A stretch of 58,577 nucleotides of DNA from Tortispora ganteri. Taxonomy: Eukaryota. Numbering within the stretch: position 1 is the first letter of the stretch; every line of letters starts with the position of its first letter. Location of the stretch: contig PPNB01000026.1 in NCBI GenBank assembly GCA_003707115.1, positions 1 to 58,577 on the forward strand, in the 5' to 3' direction. The position numbers and the translations under genes are program-made. Below are positions 44,101 through 57,800 of the stretch, piece by piece. The notes below the pieces were generated by a model. The model made no database searches. It saw only the letters and a program-made list of their open reading frames with translations, and was not told where the DNA came from.

Positions 44101-46340
44101 TAGGAAAATACAAATATACCTAAAGATTATCGGCTTAGGAAGGTAAATTTATACTATTATTTCATAGTTTAGTTATTACTTAAATATCAATTATTATGAA
44201 ATATTACCAGTAATATAAACCTAATTTGTGATAAAATACACTTTTTAATACTTTTTTAACTTTTTTTAACACTTTTTTACACTTTTTGTTAATTATCTTA
44301 ATAATTAATTTTTAGTATAAAATATATATAATTTATTGTTATAAAAATTATTGAAATTAAATTAGTTATTTAAATTATAATTTATATATTTAAAATATAT
44401 ATTAATAAAATATTAAATAGGGATTAATTAATATTTATTATTTTATAAACTAGAAAATAATTTAGTCCCAAAAATAAGAAAAATTACATGTAGGAATTTT
44501 CAAAATTCCAGGGGTAAAATGGATAATTAGGCTAGATTATAGGTGTAATAGACCATTTTTAAGTGGTTAAAAAATCCCATTTTCGTTACTTTTAGAACTT
44601 TTTTAAACTTTTTCATTTCTAAAGGGAGGAATTTATAGAATGATATTAAATTAGAAATATTAAAGTATTTAAATATATTAAAACATTATAGGGTATAAAG
44701 GGTGGAATTATATAATTAACTTATTTTAAACTAGTATTTAGAGAGTAATTATAGACCTTTAGTTAAAGAGAAAAATAAAATTAAAATAGAATTGTATAAG
44801 TAGTATTGGGGAGCAATTAAAACAAAAGATTATTATTACTCTGTATCTTTATTCAAAGATATTCGGGTCCAGACCCTCTTTTTTAATATTGCTTAAAAAA
44901 AGATGCTATTTTTTACACGTTTTTTACACTTTTTTGCACTTTTTTAACATTATTTATACATTATTACTCAATTTTTCAATAAATATCCATAAATAAATAT
45001 AATAATCTCATAATTCACATTTATATAATTTAATATTTTGAGATAATTATTATAATTAATAATTAATTAATATTAGCCTAATTTTATTAATTTGTATAAT
45101 AAATTTAATTGTATATATTTTTAATATCTGAAAATAATTAATATATATTATATTAGTATTCAAATGTAATTATTTTATTTATAATAGCTAATATTTATAA
45201 TTAATCTATATATAATAAAATTTTATATTATAATTATAATTATAGCTAAAAGTATACAAATTTATGTCTATAATATAACTAAAAGTGTTATAAATTTAAT
45301 TTCATTTTTAGCTCTTTTTTGTAGGATAAATTTCGATACATAATAGGTAATATAGTTAAAATTATAAAAATGTGAAATTTCCTAAGGGGGTAGCCTTACA
45401 AAAAGTGTAAATTTCCATTAAATTGAAAATATGCAAAAGATATTCGGTTTAGAAGCTATATTTTAACCATTTATTATATTGAAATTTAACTTAGTTTTTT
45501 AACTTATTTTTAATACATTATAGGTGTTATAAGCATAATTTGCCTAAATAGCTCAATTTTTGCCTTTTTTAGACATTTTTTTTTTACTTTTTTATACTTT
45601 TTTATAAATTACTTAGTTATTGTCATTGTCATTGTATAATTTTTATAATAATTAAATAAACTTATATTAATATACTTTAATATTATAATTATTATTTATT
45701 AATTTAATATATATAATCCATTAGCTAAATTATTAATTAATAAAAATTATATCTATTATTATTATTTTATTATTAAATTTAAGATTAATATAAAAATCTA
45801 ACTTATATTAATTTGCAAACTGAAATTAAAATAATTTAGTCCCAAAAAAGCTTAAAAATAAGTTATCGAGTTTTCAAAATTCCAGGGGTAAAATGGATGA
45901 TTAGGGTAGATTATAGGTATTAAAGACTATATTTTAGTAATGGAAAAATCCCATTTTCGTTACTTTTAGAACTTTTTACAACTTTTTTATTTTTAAATTA
46001 ATAAATTTATAACATTAAATTATTTTATTAATTTAAGTTTAGTTATATAATATTAAACATTATAGGGTATATTAAGTATATTAATGTAATATATTGATTA
46101 TTTAATCTAATTTTATGACTATTATACAAGATTAAATTAGATAGAATTTTGATTTTAAAATAGAATTGTATAAGTAGTATTGGGGAGCAATTGAAATCAA
46201 AGATTATTATTAGTGAGTATCTTTATTCAAAGATATTAGGCTTAGAAGCCACATTTTAAATATTGCTGATTTTTTTTGTGCATTTTTTGTCAATTTTTGT
46301 ACACTTTTTGTCAATTTTTGCATTGTTTTTGTAATATTAT
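41170..46340 (+). repeat. array of four alternating A+B modular elements (period about 1.3-1.5 kb)
   Basis: A cores at 41211, 42632, 44068 and 45382; B starts at 41761, 43292, 44493 and 45869. Confidence 0.9.
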
Positions 46341-46969
46341 TCATATTTTGAACACTTTTTTATAATTTATGTAATTATGTTAATTATTATTTGATATATT
46401 TTTATCAATATATATTTTATATTTAATATTTTATTGTATTGCTTTTCTATATCATTTCATTTATTTATCCTTATTAATATATATTATAATTATAAAAATA
46501 TAGATTATTAATTTATAAATATATTTATGTTAACTAACAACCATAGGATAAAGTCTTATGTCCGGGGAGATTTATACGCTTTGGCCGGATTATATTAACT
46601 AAAATAGCAAATCTTTATATATTTGAGTTTATTCATAATCTATTAGTTATATTTTAATAAATAATATTATTATAATATTTTATATATTTTAACTTTATAT
46701 TTATATATTATTATTATATTATAAATTAATAAAAAAAAATTATACTAGAATATTGGTAGATAAGGGGGGAGCCAAAAGTAGATAAAAGATAAAAAGAATA
46801 AAGTAAATAAAGAATAAATATATATTACTAACTTTTATATATATAATTCTTATATAATTTATTTATTATATTAAATAATTTATACCTTTTATATATTTAA
46901 AATATTTAATATACTTAGCATATATATAATATAACATATTTTTATTATACCTATAATTTATGATTATAT

Positions 46970-47046
46970 AACAATATATTTTTAAGATTTACCTATAATA
47001 TTAGCGATATAGTAGTAAATCTTAAAAATAAAGCTAATATTATACA
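46970..47046 (+). repeat. AT-rich hairpin repeat family E (TTTTAAGATTTAC...GTAAATCTTAAAA), 5 copies
   Basis: Copies at about 14740 and 35101(-); 46970, 47838 and 49155(+). Confidence 0.85.
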
Positions 47047-49714
47047 TTTAAATATTATAATATTCTTAATATCCTTGAGAATAAATATAAAGTTAATATT
47101 AATATATTATACCTCCTATATATAATATTATTTATCTATTAATTAATAATTTATATATTATTTATAAGCTATTAATTCTATTTCATTGGCCGACCTTTAA
47201 TCCCTAATAGCTATAATCTATACCCTTATAGTGGAGGCCAATTATAATCTCTAATCATATTATATATCTTACCTAGCTATATCTATTATTATATTATCTT
47301 AAATTATTTAATCTTATTATTAATTATAAAAAATTAGTAATGTAAATTAAAATAGAAATATATATCTCTATAACATAAGAATAAAGTCAAATGTCCGGGG
47401 ATATTTTTATGCCTTGGCCGGATTATATAAAACTTATAAATATTATATTTATTTATCTATATAAAAATAATAACTAAACTATGTTTCTTAAAACAAAGGT
47501 ATAAGTCAAATGTCCGGGGATATTTCTACGTTTGGGCCGGATAATCTATCTATCTATCTAATCTAATATAATATAATATAATCTTATCTAATATAATTAT
47601 ATCAATAAAATCTTTATATTATAATATCTATATTTTTAAATTAATCAATCATTGAATCTAATTTATTTATCTAATATATAATCTAATTAATTATTTAATT
47701 TCAATTTCGATTTCAATTTTAATTTTAATTTTAATTGAGTATAAAAATAATCTATTGTTTATATAATATAACTTATATAATAATAATATCTAAAGTATAT
47801 AAATCAAATATTTTAAAACCTATTTTAAGTAACTTTATAACAATATATTTTTAAGATTTACCTATAATATTAGCAATATGTTAGTAAATCTTAAAAATAA
47901 AAGCTAATATTATACAAATTTATATTATAGTGTTTTTAATATCCTTTATAATAACTCTAAATTATCTATTAGTTATTATACCTATCATTAATATTATTTA
48001 TTATATATTAATAATACAAATATCTATTATTAATTAGTAATATTCATTATATTTTATTTCATTTCATCGGCCGACCTTATAACCTAATATTTATAATTAT
48101 ATCCTTTAAGTGGAGGCCAATTATAACCTTAACCTTAACCTTAACTATAACCTATAATATATTATATCTAATATATAACATATAACAGCTATTATATTTA
48201 TATTATTTCTAAAATTATTATACATTTATATAATTACTTTTAACTTTTAATAAACCCCTATTATTATTATAATAAATTATGAAAATTTTCTAATATTATA
48301 ACAATTAAAAATATGTCTATATAATCAAGGTATAAAGTTTTATGTCCGGGAATATTTATACGATTTGGCCGGATTATATAAATGATTATTTATTTACTTA
48401 TTGAAACTTTTAACTAATTTTTTTTATAAATATAATTTATTATAAATGCAATATAATTTATTATATCTCTAATTTTAAATTTCTAAATTTATAAATTTCT
48501 AAAATTCTAAATTTCATTGGCCGACTAATAAACCAAATATTATAAATATTAACCCCAAAATTGGAGGCCAATATAGACTTATTTATGACTTAAACCTTAT
48601 AACTTATATTATCTATTACTCTTTATCTTATCTATAAATATTTATACCATCATCTAATATATACCTAATTTATCTATATTATTTAATCTATTATTAATCA
48701 CTAATTATTTCTAATTATATTAATTAATCACTATAATTTATTTATTAACACGAATAATTAAACCATATATAATTAACTATTATATTATAGCTAAGGTATA
48801 AAGTCAAATGTCCGGGGATATTTATACGTTTGGGCCGGATTATATAAATAAAAATAATATCTCTAAATAATATTTATTAATTATCTTAATATTTACAACT
48901 TAATAAATAATTATTTTATTATTATCTATTTAAATTATTTTATAATAACTAATAATTAAATTTATTATCAATGACATATTTTATATTTTAATATAAATTT
49001 ATATCTAACTATATATTTAACTATGATTTAATTTAATTTAATATCTAAAGTAGTAATATATAATAATCTTTTAATAGATGTATATATATTTATAAACCAA
49101 TATAATAAAGTATATTTCAAAAATATTTAAATAACCTATCTTAAGTAACTTTATAACAATATATTTTTAAGATTTACCTATAATATTAGCTAATATATAT
49201 AGTAGTAAATCTTAAAAATAAAAGCTAATATTATACAAATTTATACTTATTATTGTCTTATTAACCTAATATTATATTTATATATTATTCCTTATTTAAA
49301 CAATATTTGTAATTTTATAAAAATCCCTTTAATTTTATTTTCATATATAATAGTTTAAATATTTCTTTAATAAATAACATTTTAAATATTATATATATAT
49401 ATCTTTATATAATTAATTATAATAATTATCATTATAACTTATATATTAAATCTGAGCCGGTCAGATCCTATATAAAAATTAATGTACCTATAATAAAAAG
49501 TGACCGGCTATTATGATTCTATTTCTTATTAAATAATAAACCTTTAACTATCTTATTAAATATTTATATTTTCTAAAGTAACTAATAATATTATCTATTA
49601 TATAAATATAATAGTAGTGATAAATAGTATTTATATTTTTCTTATAAAATAACTTAAATAATAGTAAAAATAAATTTATTTATTTATCATTGAATGTAAG
49701 TATCATAAATATCT

Positions 49715-49786
49715 GATGATTATAGTTTAAAGGCAGAACAACTACTTGTGGTGTAGTGTATCTCGGTTCGACTCCGGGTATTCATC
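49715..49786 (+). tRNA. trnH: tRNA-His(GUG)
   Basis: ACTAC-ttgtggt-GTAGT; encoded G-1. Confidence 0.9.
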
Positions 49787-49792
49787 CAGAGC

Positions 49793-51259
49793 ATGTTATT
49801 TACATTGCTCACATTAGAATTAATGTTATCATCCTACAAAGACAGTCACATCCCAGGTACTAAATTAAGTATATCTCATTATTTATCGAGATTAACAATA
49901 ATAGGCCTAATTTATTCAATAATATTATTATATCATAATATGATATGAAGTGAAAATTTAATTCGCTTAAATTTATATAATGATAGTTTGACCACAACAA
50001 ATTATTTATCTTTAATAGAAATATTAATATATATGATAAGTATAATAATATTATTTATAAATACAACACGATTAAACCAAAGTTATGGTCGAATAATCAC
50101 AGAATACCCATTATTATGTTTATTTACGATATTGGGTAGCATATTATTAATAAAATCAAATAATATGTTAATGATGTTTATATCGATAGAATTACAAAGT
50201 TATTCTTTATATTGTTTAAGTGTAATATATAATGAAACTGAAAATTCAACAAAAGCAGGCTTAAAATATTTCTTTTTAGGTGGTTTAGCTTCAATATTAA
50301 TATTATTAGGAATAGGAATAATTTATGGAGAAACAGGTGTATTAAATATTGAATATATAATAAGTTTATTAAATTATACAAATATTAATACTCAAATAAA
50401 TTATGGTATAATAATTATAATAATCGGTTATTTATTCAAAGTAGGTGCAGCTCCTTTCCATAGTTGGTCTCCTGATGTATATAATGAAGTTCCAACTAAG
50501 ATAACAGCTTGGATAAGTGTAATCCCAAAAATAGGATTATTAGTTTATATAGGTTTATTATCAAATTTATTAATAAGTAATAATAAATTTTTATTAATGT
50601 TAGCAGGTATATTATCAATATTAATAGGAGCTATAGGTGGAATATCTGAAATAAATTTTAAAAGATTATTAGGATATAGTGGTATAACTAATGTAGGTTA
50701 TCTATTATTAACTTTAAGTTCTTATAATAATATAATAAAAGAAGGATTTATTGTATATTTAATTCAATATTCAATAATATCAGCTAATATATTTTTAATA
50801 ATAATATTATTAGGTATATATAAATCAAAATATTTATCAAATAAAAGTATATTATCACCAATAAGATATATAAAAGATTTTAATGAATTATATAATTATA
50901 ATCCATTATTAATAATATGTTTAACAATATCATTATTCTCATTAATAGGAATACCACCATTAATAGGATTTTATAGTAAATATTGGTTAATTCAAGAATT
51001 ATTAAGTGGAGGTTTAATTTATCCATCATTAATCTTAATATTAGGTAGTGTAATAAGTTCATATTATTATCTTAATGTAATACGAAATTTATATAAAATA
51101 AATGCCACAGAAGAATATGAAAAAGTAACTAATACTTTATCAATAAATTTATCACCAATATTAAGTTATTTAATATCAGTATTAACAATATTTACAGTAT
51201 TTATGTTTAGCGATTTTGAGTCTATATTAAAAGGTTTACATATATTAAGTAATATCTAA
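49793..51259 (+). CDS. nad2: NADH dehydrogenase subunit 2
   Basis: IELQSY, GLKYFFLG and FKVGAAPFHSWSPDVY motifs; frame extends upstream through TGA 49946 to ATG 49793 (start less certain). Confidence 0.92.
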
Positions 51260-51679
51260 ATGTCATTATTAAATTTAACAAATTATATATTAATAAATAA
51301 TGAATATAATTTAATATTATTTTTAATAATAATTCCAATATTAGGTTTATTATTATTAACAATAAATATATTATTTGCAGAAGTGGATAATTATGGAGAT
51401 AAAAATGGAAGATTTGAATGTGGTTTAACAAGTTTTGATCAATCAAGATCAGCATTTTCAATAAATTTTGTATTAATAGCTATATTATTTTTACCATTTG
51501 ATTTAGAAATAGCAAGTATATTACCATATGCAATATCATTAAATACAATAAATTGGTATGGATTAATATTTGTAATAATATTTTTAACAGTATTAACATT
51601 AGGATTTATTTATGAAATTTATAATAAAGCTATTGAGATAACTCCAAAATATAAGAATATAAAAATTAATGAAAAATAA
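51260..51679 (+). CDS. nad3: NADH dehydrogenase subunit 3
   Basis: FECG and FLPFDLEI motifs; abuts the nad2 stop. Confidence 0.97.
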   Translation: MSLLNLTNYILINNEYNLILFLIIIPILGLLLLTINILFAEVDNYGDKNGRFECGLTSFDQSRSAFSINFVLIAILFLPFDLEIASILPYAISLNTINWYGLIFVIIFLTVLTLGFIYEIYNKAIEITPKYKNIKINEK

Positions 51680-51682
51680 GAA

Positions 51683-52453
51683 ATGAGAAGAAATAATTGG
51701 AAAATAAAACATTATACATTTGATCATGATGAATTTGTATTAGATTTAGCAAGTTATCTTCAATTAATCGATATATTACAAAAATATTATAAAATAACAA
51801 TATATAGTTTACCAATATTATATCGAAGTGCAAATAAAGTAACAATAGTAATATCATATTTAGATATTGAAGAAAAAACAAAAAATTTAAATTATTGTTT
51901 ACGAAATTTTAAAATAATTCCATCATATTTAGCTCAAATATTAGAAATTTATGATTTAGAAGAATTAAAAAAATATATAAGATTAATATTAAATCTAGAT
52001 GATAAAATCGAAATTGATATAATCTTACATAAATTAAAAAATATTTATTTAGATAAAGATACTTTATGTGAATATATTGGTACAAAATATCAAAAAGGTC
52101 GATTACCTTTAGATTTATCAAGAAAATTACATAAAAATCTAAATAATACAACTAAATTATTATCTTATAATAAAATCTTAACAAATTATAATTATTATAA
52201 TAATAAAAATAATAGTTATCTTCGATTATCAAATTTAAATTTATTTTTAGATAATCAATTTATTACAGGATGTAATTTTACAGTAAAAGGAAGATTATCA
52301 GCACGAAAATCCGCAGATAAAGCTAAAAAAGTTTATACAAATGTTGGATCATTAAAATTAACTAATATAAATACAGTAAAATGTACACAAATTAATAAAA
52401 ATGGTACATTTAATGTAAATTTAAAATTAGGTTTAAATAGAATATTTAATTAA
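51683..52453 (+). CDS. rps3: ribosomal protein S3 (Var1-like), free-standing
   Basis: Basic, Asn-rich 256 aa protein with C-terminal ITGCNFTVKGRL...NKNGTFNVNLKL. Confidence 0.85.
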   Translation: MRRNNWKIKHYTFDHDEFVLDLASYLQLIDILQKYYKITIYSLPILYRSANKVTIVISYLDIEEKTKNLNYCLRNFKIIPSYLAQILEIYDLEELKKYIRLILNLDDKIEIDIILHKLKNIYLDKDTLCEYIGTKYQKGRLPLDLSRKLHKNLNNTTKLLSYNKILTNYNYYNNKNNSYLRLSNLNLFLDNQFITGCNFTVKGRLSARKSADKAKKVYTNVGSLKLTNINTVKCTQINKNGTFNVNLKLGLNRIFN

Positions 52454-52592
52454 TTTTTATAATTAAATATTATTTATATTATTATCTATAATATTATTGT
52501 ATATATATATATCATTTATTAAAATAACAAGAAAAAATTAATTAAGAAATAAAATTAATCAATCAATCAATCAAATCAAAAACTCAATCATT

Positions 52593-54104
52593 ATGAATTT
52601 AAATATATTATTATTATTAATACCATTACTAACAATTGGATTTTTGAGTCCTCTATATAGTAATGTTGAGATAGCAATTTTACCTTTAAAAAATTATTAT
52701 AAAAATATGCTTTTAGGGGTTTACGTTAAGAATTATAAAAATAAGATAATGGAATTATCATTATTAGGTTTAATAATATCCTTAGGTATAATATCTATAA
52801 TATGAGCAAATTTCAATAGCTTAGAATTAGGTTTTCAAGGTATAAGTTATACTTTTAATAGCTTAAATTTAGGTTATGATGGTAATTCAATATTTTTCAT
52901 TATATTAACAGGTTTAATAATGCCAATAGCTTTATTATCTAATTGGTATAACTTACCTAAAGGTAATCATAATGAAAAAGGATATGCAATATTAATCTTA
53001 TTATTAGATTTATTATTATTAACAAATTTTTTAATATTAGATATAATAGGATTTTATATATTCTTTGAAAGTATTTTAGCTCCATTTTATATATTAATTG
53101 GAATCTATGGAAGTACAAATAAAGAGAAAGCTTCCCTTTATCTTTTAATATATACATTAGCTAGTTCTTTATTAATGTTATTAGGAATATGTATGATAAA
53201 TATATTATCACATACAACATCTTTTATATTATTAAATAATTTTGTAATGTCAATAGAAGTTCAATCAATAATTTGGTTAGGAGTATTTATCGCAATAATG
53301 GTAAAGACTCCAATATTCCCAGTACATGGTTGGTTACCTGTAGTACATTCGGAATCTCCATTAGGTGGTTCAATAATCTTAGCTGGAATAGTCCTAAAAT
53401 TAGCAATATATGCAATAATTAGAATATTATTACCATTATTATCAGAAGCAACTATATTATTTACTCCATTAGTTTATGTAATATGTGCAATAACAGTAAT
53501 ATATACTTGTTTAGCAACAGTACGACAAACAGATACAAAAGTAATTATAGCTTATAGTTCAATATCACATATGGGAGTATGTTTATTAGGTGTATTTGCC
53601 AATAATTTATTAGGATTAGAAGGTGCAATGATGTTAGGATTAGCTCATGGATTTGTATCTCCAGCATTATTTATTTGTGTAGGAGGTGTACTTTATGATA
53701 GATATCATACTAGAATTGCTTATATATATCAAGGATTAGCAACATATTTACCATTATTTAGTACATATTTATTAGTATTTAGTTTAGCTAATATAGGTAC
53801 ACCATTATCAGGTAATTTCTTAGGAGAATTCTTAGCCTTAGCAGGTGCATATCAAAGATCTCCTCTAATTGCAGTATTAGGTGTAACTAGTGTATTATTA
53901 AGTGCAGTATATATGATGAGATTTACTTCAAAATTAATTGGAGGTATTAAACCTAAAAATTTACCTATAGTTAAAGATTTAACTAATAGAGAAATAACTA
54001 TGTTTAATTCATTATTAATACCTATGCTATTATTAGGTATTTTACCTAATTTTGTATTTAAATCTTTAGGTACTTCACTCTCAAGTTTACTATATATAAT
54101 ATAA
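52593..54104 (+). CDS. nad4: NADH dehydrogenase subunit 4
   Basis: The two ORF-track pieces join through TGA 52803; FFES, HGWLPVVHSESP and AYSSISHM motifs. Confidence 0.96.
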
Positions 54105-54811
54105 TAATATTTATTAAAAAATATATATATAACTTGATCTTTTTTTTTCACCTATTTTTAGTAATTATAAATTTATTTTGTTTATTGGCCGACTAATAAA
54201 CCTAATATTATAACTATTAAACCTATAAATGGAGGCCAATATATACTTTATACTTTATATATCTATCCTTATACTTTATTTTATAATATTATAACTCTTT
54301 TATATATATATGATATATTAATATAATTTTTATATAATAACTCTTAATATAAATAAAAAAAATATATAATTAATATCCCTCGCTTCACTTTTAAACTCAT
54401 TTAATTAAGTATAAACTTATGTATTTCGCTCGGGTAATTTCTAATTTATAATTTTTAATTATTAATTTCTAATTTAATAATTATTTAAATTGATTAAATA
54501 ATTATTATTTAATAGTAGACTATAAATAAGAATGGAATACTTCTTGACACACGTGTATAATAATATAATTATACAATGAATAACCATAAACTATAGGGTT
54601 TTACTGATTCCCTGCTTACCTTTCTATAGGGCAAATAATGAGTCAGGTTCTAAAATTTCTAAAGTTTATCTCACTCAACAAAATTTAAATAATTTAAATG
54701 ACTAATCTAATAATATTAATAATTAAATTAATATTATATTATCATTAGATAATATTTATATAAGAATATTATATTTTTATATAAACCTATAACTAAATTA
54801 ACAAAACAACT

Positions 54812-57800
54812 ATGCAATTTATATCACGATGATTATTTAGTACATCAGCTAAAGACATTAGTGTATTATATTTAATAATATCACTATTTTCAGGAATGAT
54901 GGGTACAGGATTTTCAGCAATAATGCGATTAGAACTATCTAGTCCAGGATATGTATTCCTACACGGGGACAATCAAGTCTTCAATACCGTGGTTTCTGCC
55001 CATGCGATCGCGATGAGTGCGCCAATGTGTGTTGCTGAAGGGTTGACCTTTCTAAATATAAGGTTAGCAAACGAAAATAGTTGCTTAAAGAGCTATCAGG
55101 CTGGTGGAATCAAACTCCATGAGGAAACTCAAACAGCTAAGCTGATAGAAACGGGAGTAATTGAAATTATAACTCAAATTTTATACTTTATTCCTTATCT
55201 AATTTGTTCAACGTTTAGGATAACGAACTTGATACACAATATTCATCACAATGGGATCGCTGTTAAATGAGTTAATAGAACAGTAGCGTTATTTCTCCTA
55301 ATTTTATCATCGGTTTTAGGACTATTTTCAACAAATAACGGAAAATATCACATAGATATCTATAATTGTGCAAGGAACCTAGAACAAAGCGCCCTCTCAA
55401 CGAACTTTGGGATCACCTACGGGAACCAAATTTATTCTAAAATTTATTCAAAAATTTATTGTGTTCCTAATAATTCTAATAATAATAAATTTATTAATAG
55501 AAGACCCTTTAATGGGTGGTGACGGAATTGTCATAGTAGCATACAAAACAATATGCAAAGGACAATAGTTGTGAACTTACAAGTGAGAACCTTTTCCTCA
55601 AAAGCCGATCTTAATAAATTTAGAAATATAGAGATGTTACGTGGCAGCGAAGATAAGAAATCACTCAAATCTATAAATATAAATATAAAAAATATTAGTA
55701 ATATCAAAAATCTGATAACTGCTTATGAATTAATAAAAAGTAATCCTAGTAATATGAATCAAAAAAGAGATAATCTAACTCTTGATGGTTTAACTATGAC
55801 AACTTTACAAGATATTCAAACTAAATTAAAAGCAGGTAAATATCTCTTTAATCCTAGTACTAGAATTCAAATACCTAAATTAATAACCAAGGGAACAAGA
55901 TCTCTAACAATATCTTCCCCTCGTGAAAAAATAGTGGAAAAAGCAATACATTTAGTATTAGAACGCTATTACGAAAACAAATTCTTACCCACTTCTCATG
56001 GATTTAGACCTGGTAAAAGTGTTCATACTGCTATGAAAAATTTAGAAGCAGAATTTCAAAGTGTACATTATATAATTGAAGCTGACTTCTCTAAAGCATT
56101 TGATAATATACAACATAAAACTCTGCTAACTATTCTTAAAAAAGATATAAAATGTGAAAAAACATTAAAATTAATTAAATCTTTACTAAAAGCTGGATAT
56201 ATTGAATTTGGAAATCTGCATAATGAATTAAGTATGGGTATATCTCAAGGTTCAATACTTAGTCCTATATTATGTAATATTTATTTAAATCAATTAGATT
56301 TATATATAGAAAAGTTAAAAAGTGAATATAATATAGGAAATAAAAGACCAAAAAATATAGAATATGAAAAATTACAGAGTAAAGCCAAATACTGAAGAAA
56401 AAAAGGATATGACAAAAGTCAACCTTTAGAATATCAACAATTATTAAAAAATTTAAGATCCATACCTAGTATTGTTCATAATAAGGAATTTATTAGAATA
56501 CAATATGTCAGATATGCGGATGACTTTCTTATAGGAATAGAAGGTAGTTATACAATGGCTAAAGAAATATTAACAAAAATAGATGAATTTATTACTAACG
56601 AATTACAATTAAAATTAAATCCAGATAAAACTCATATAACTAAATATTCAATATATCCTGTCTCATTTTTAGGTTATAATATTATGGCTCCTCATAAGAA
56701 GAATATTATAAAACCTATTGAAGTTATTCCAGTGAATGGTAAACTAATTAGCAGAAGAAAAAAGATCAGAATTAGAATAGGAATGGATTTAAACAAAGTT
56801 TTAGATAAACTAGCTCAAAACGGATTCATTCGAAAAAGGGTTTCCCATTCTAAACATAATAAGCTAATATATAGAGGAACTTTTAAAGGTAATCTAATTA
56901 ATTTAGATCATGCCGATATATTAAAATATTATAATTCTATAGTAAGAGGATTAACTAATTACTATCAATTTGTGGATAATAGAAGTTCATTAGCCTGAAT
57001 TCAATGGCTTATAAAAGAATCTTGTGCCTTAACGTTAGCAAGAAAATTTAAATTAAGAACTTTAGCTAAAACATTCAAAAAATTTGGTAAAGATTTATCT
57101 GTAAAAATAAAAGGCAATATAATATTATCATTTGTTAGTATTAAATATCAATCTGCTTCTAATATCGCATACATTATACCTGAAAAAAAGAATCCTTTCA
57201 AAAGCTTAGAGTCAGTATGAAACGCAAAATTTACCAAATCTAATTTAAATGCATCTTGTATAATTTGTAATAGTAAAGACAATGTTGAAATGCATCACGT
57301 CAGAAAAATTAGAGATTTAAAAAATAAAAATAGTAAATTAGACTTTTTCACAAGACAAATGGCAGCTATTAATAGAAAACAAGTTCCATTATGTAAAAAT
57401 CATCATATTAAATTACATAATAATATGTTAACATCTTTAGAAAGAACATTATTTAAACATAACATAAATAATAAACAATAAATAAATTACTAATATGACA
57501 TATACTTTATCTATAGAAGGTTTAGATTAACCAAGTTTACAATGGAAAGCCGTATGATGGGAGACTATCACGTACGGTTTGGAGGGCAGTAGTCTCTTAA
57601 GGAGCCTCGACTGACCCTACTATTCTTCATGGTGATGCCTGTTACAATGGGTGGATTAACGTTTTAGTCCCCTTATCATTCATTTATTAGGAATAATAAG
57701 GAAAATCGGGTGAATTGTCAGGGAAATCCTCCTAATTATATATAATTAATTAATTAATTATATCCAGGATAATCTGCAGCGAAGCTTATGAAGATATAAA

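Noticed and set aside
41170..49240. CRISPR-like repeat-spacer array
   Set aside because: Repeats are long, modular and irregularly spaced, spacers are low-complexity AT sequence, there are no cas genes, and the context is mitochondrial.
52593..52805. Apparently split or pseudogenised nad4, nad2, cox1, cox2 and intron ORFs
   Set aside because: The breaks are in-frame TGA codons, some at conserved Trp positions; this is an artefact of the genetic code used for the ORF track.
50178..54151. Short minus-strand ORFs opposite nad2, nad3, rps3 and nad4 (likewise 5477-5731, 10471-10701, 17300-17485, 33052-33264)
   Set aside because: Antisense shadows of real genes in AT-rich DNA.
54544..54561. TTGACA...TATAAT bacterial-type promoter
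   Set aside because: The spacer is only 6 nt, and mitochondria use a phage-type polymerase.
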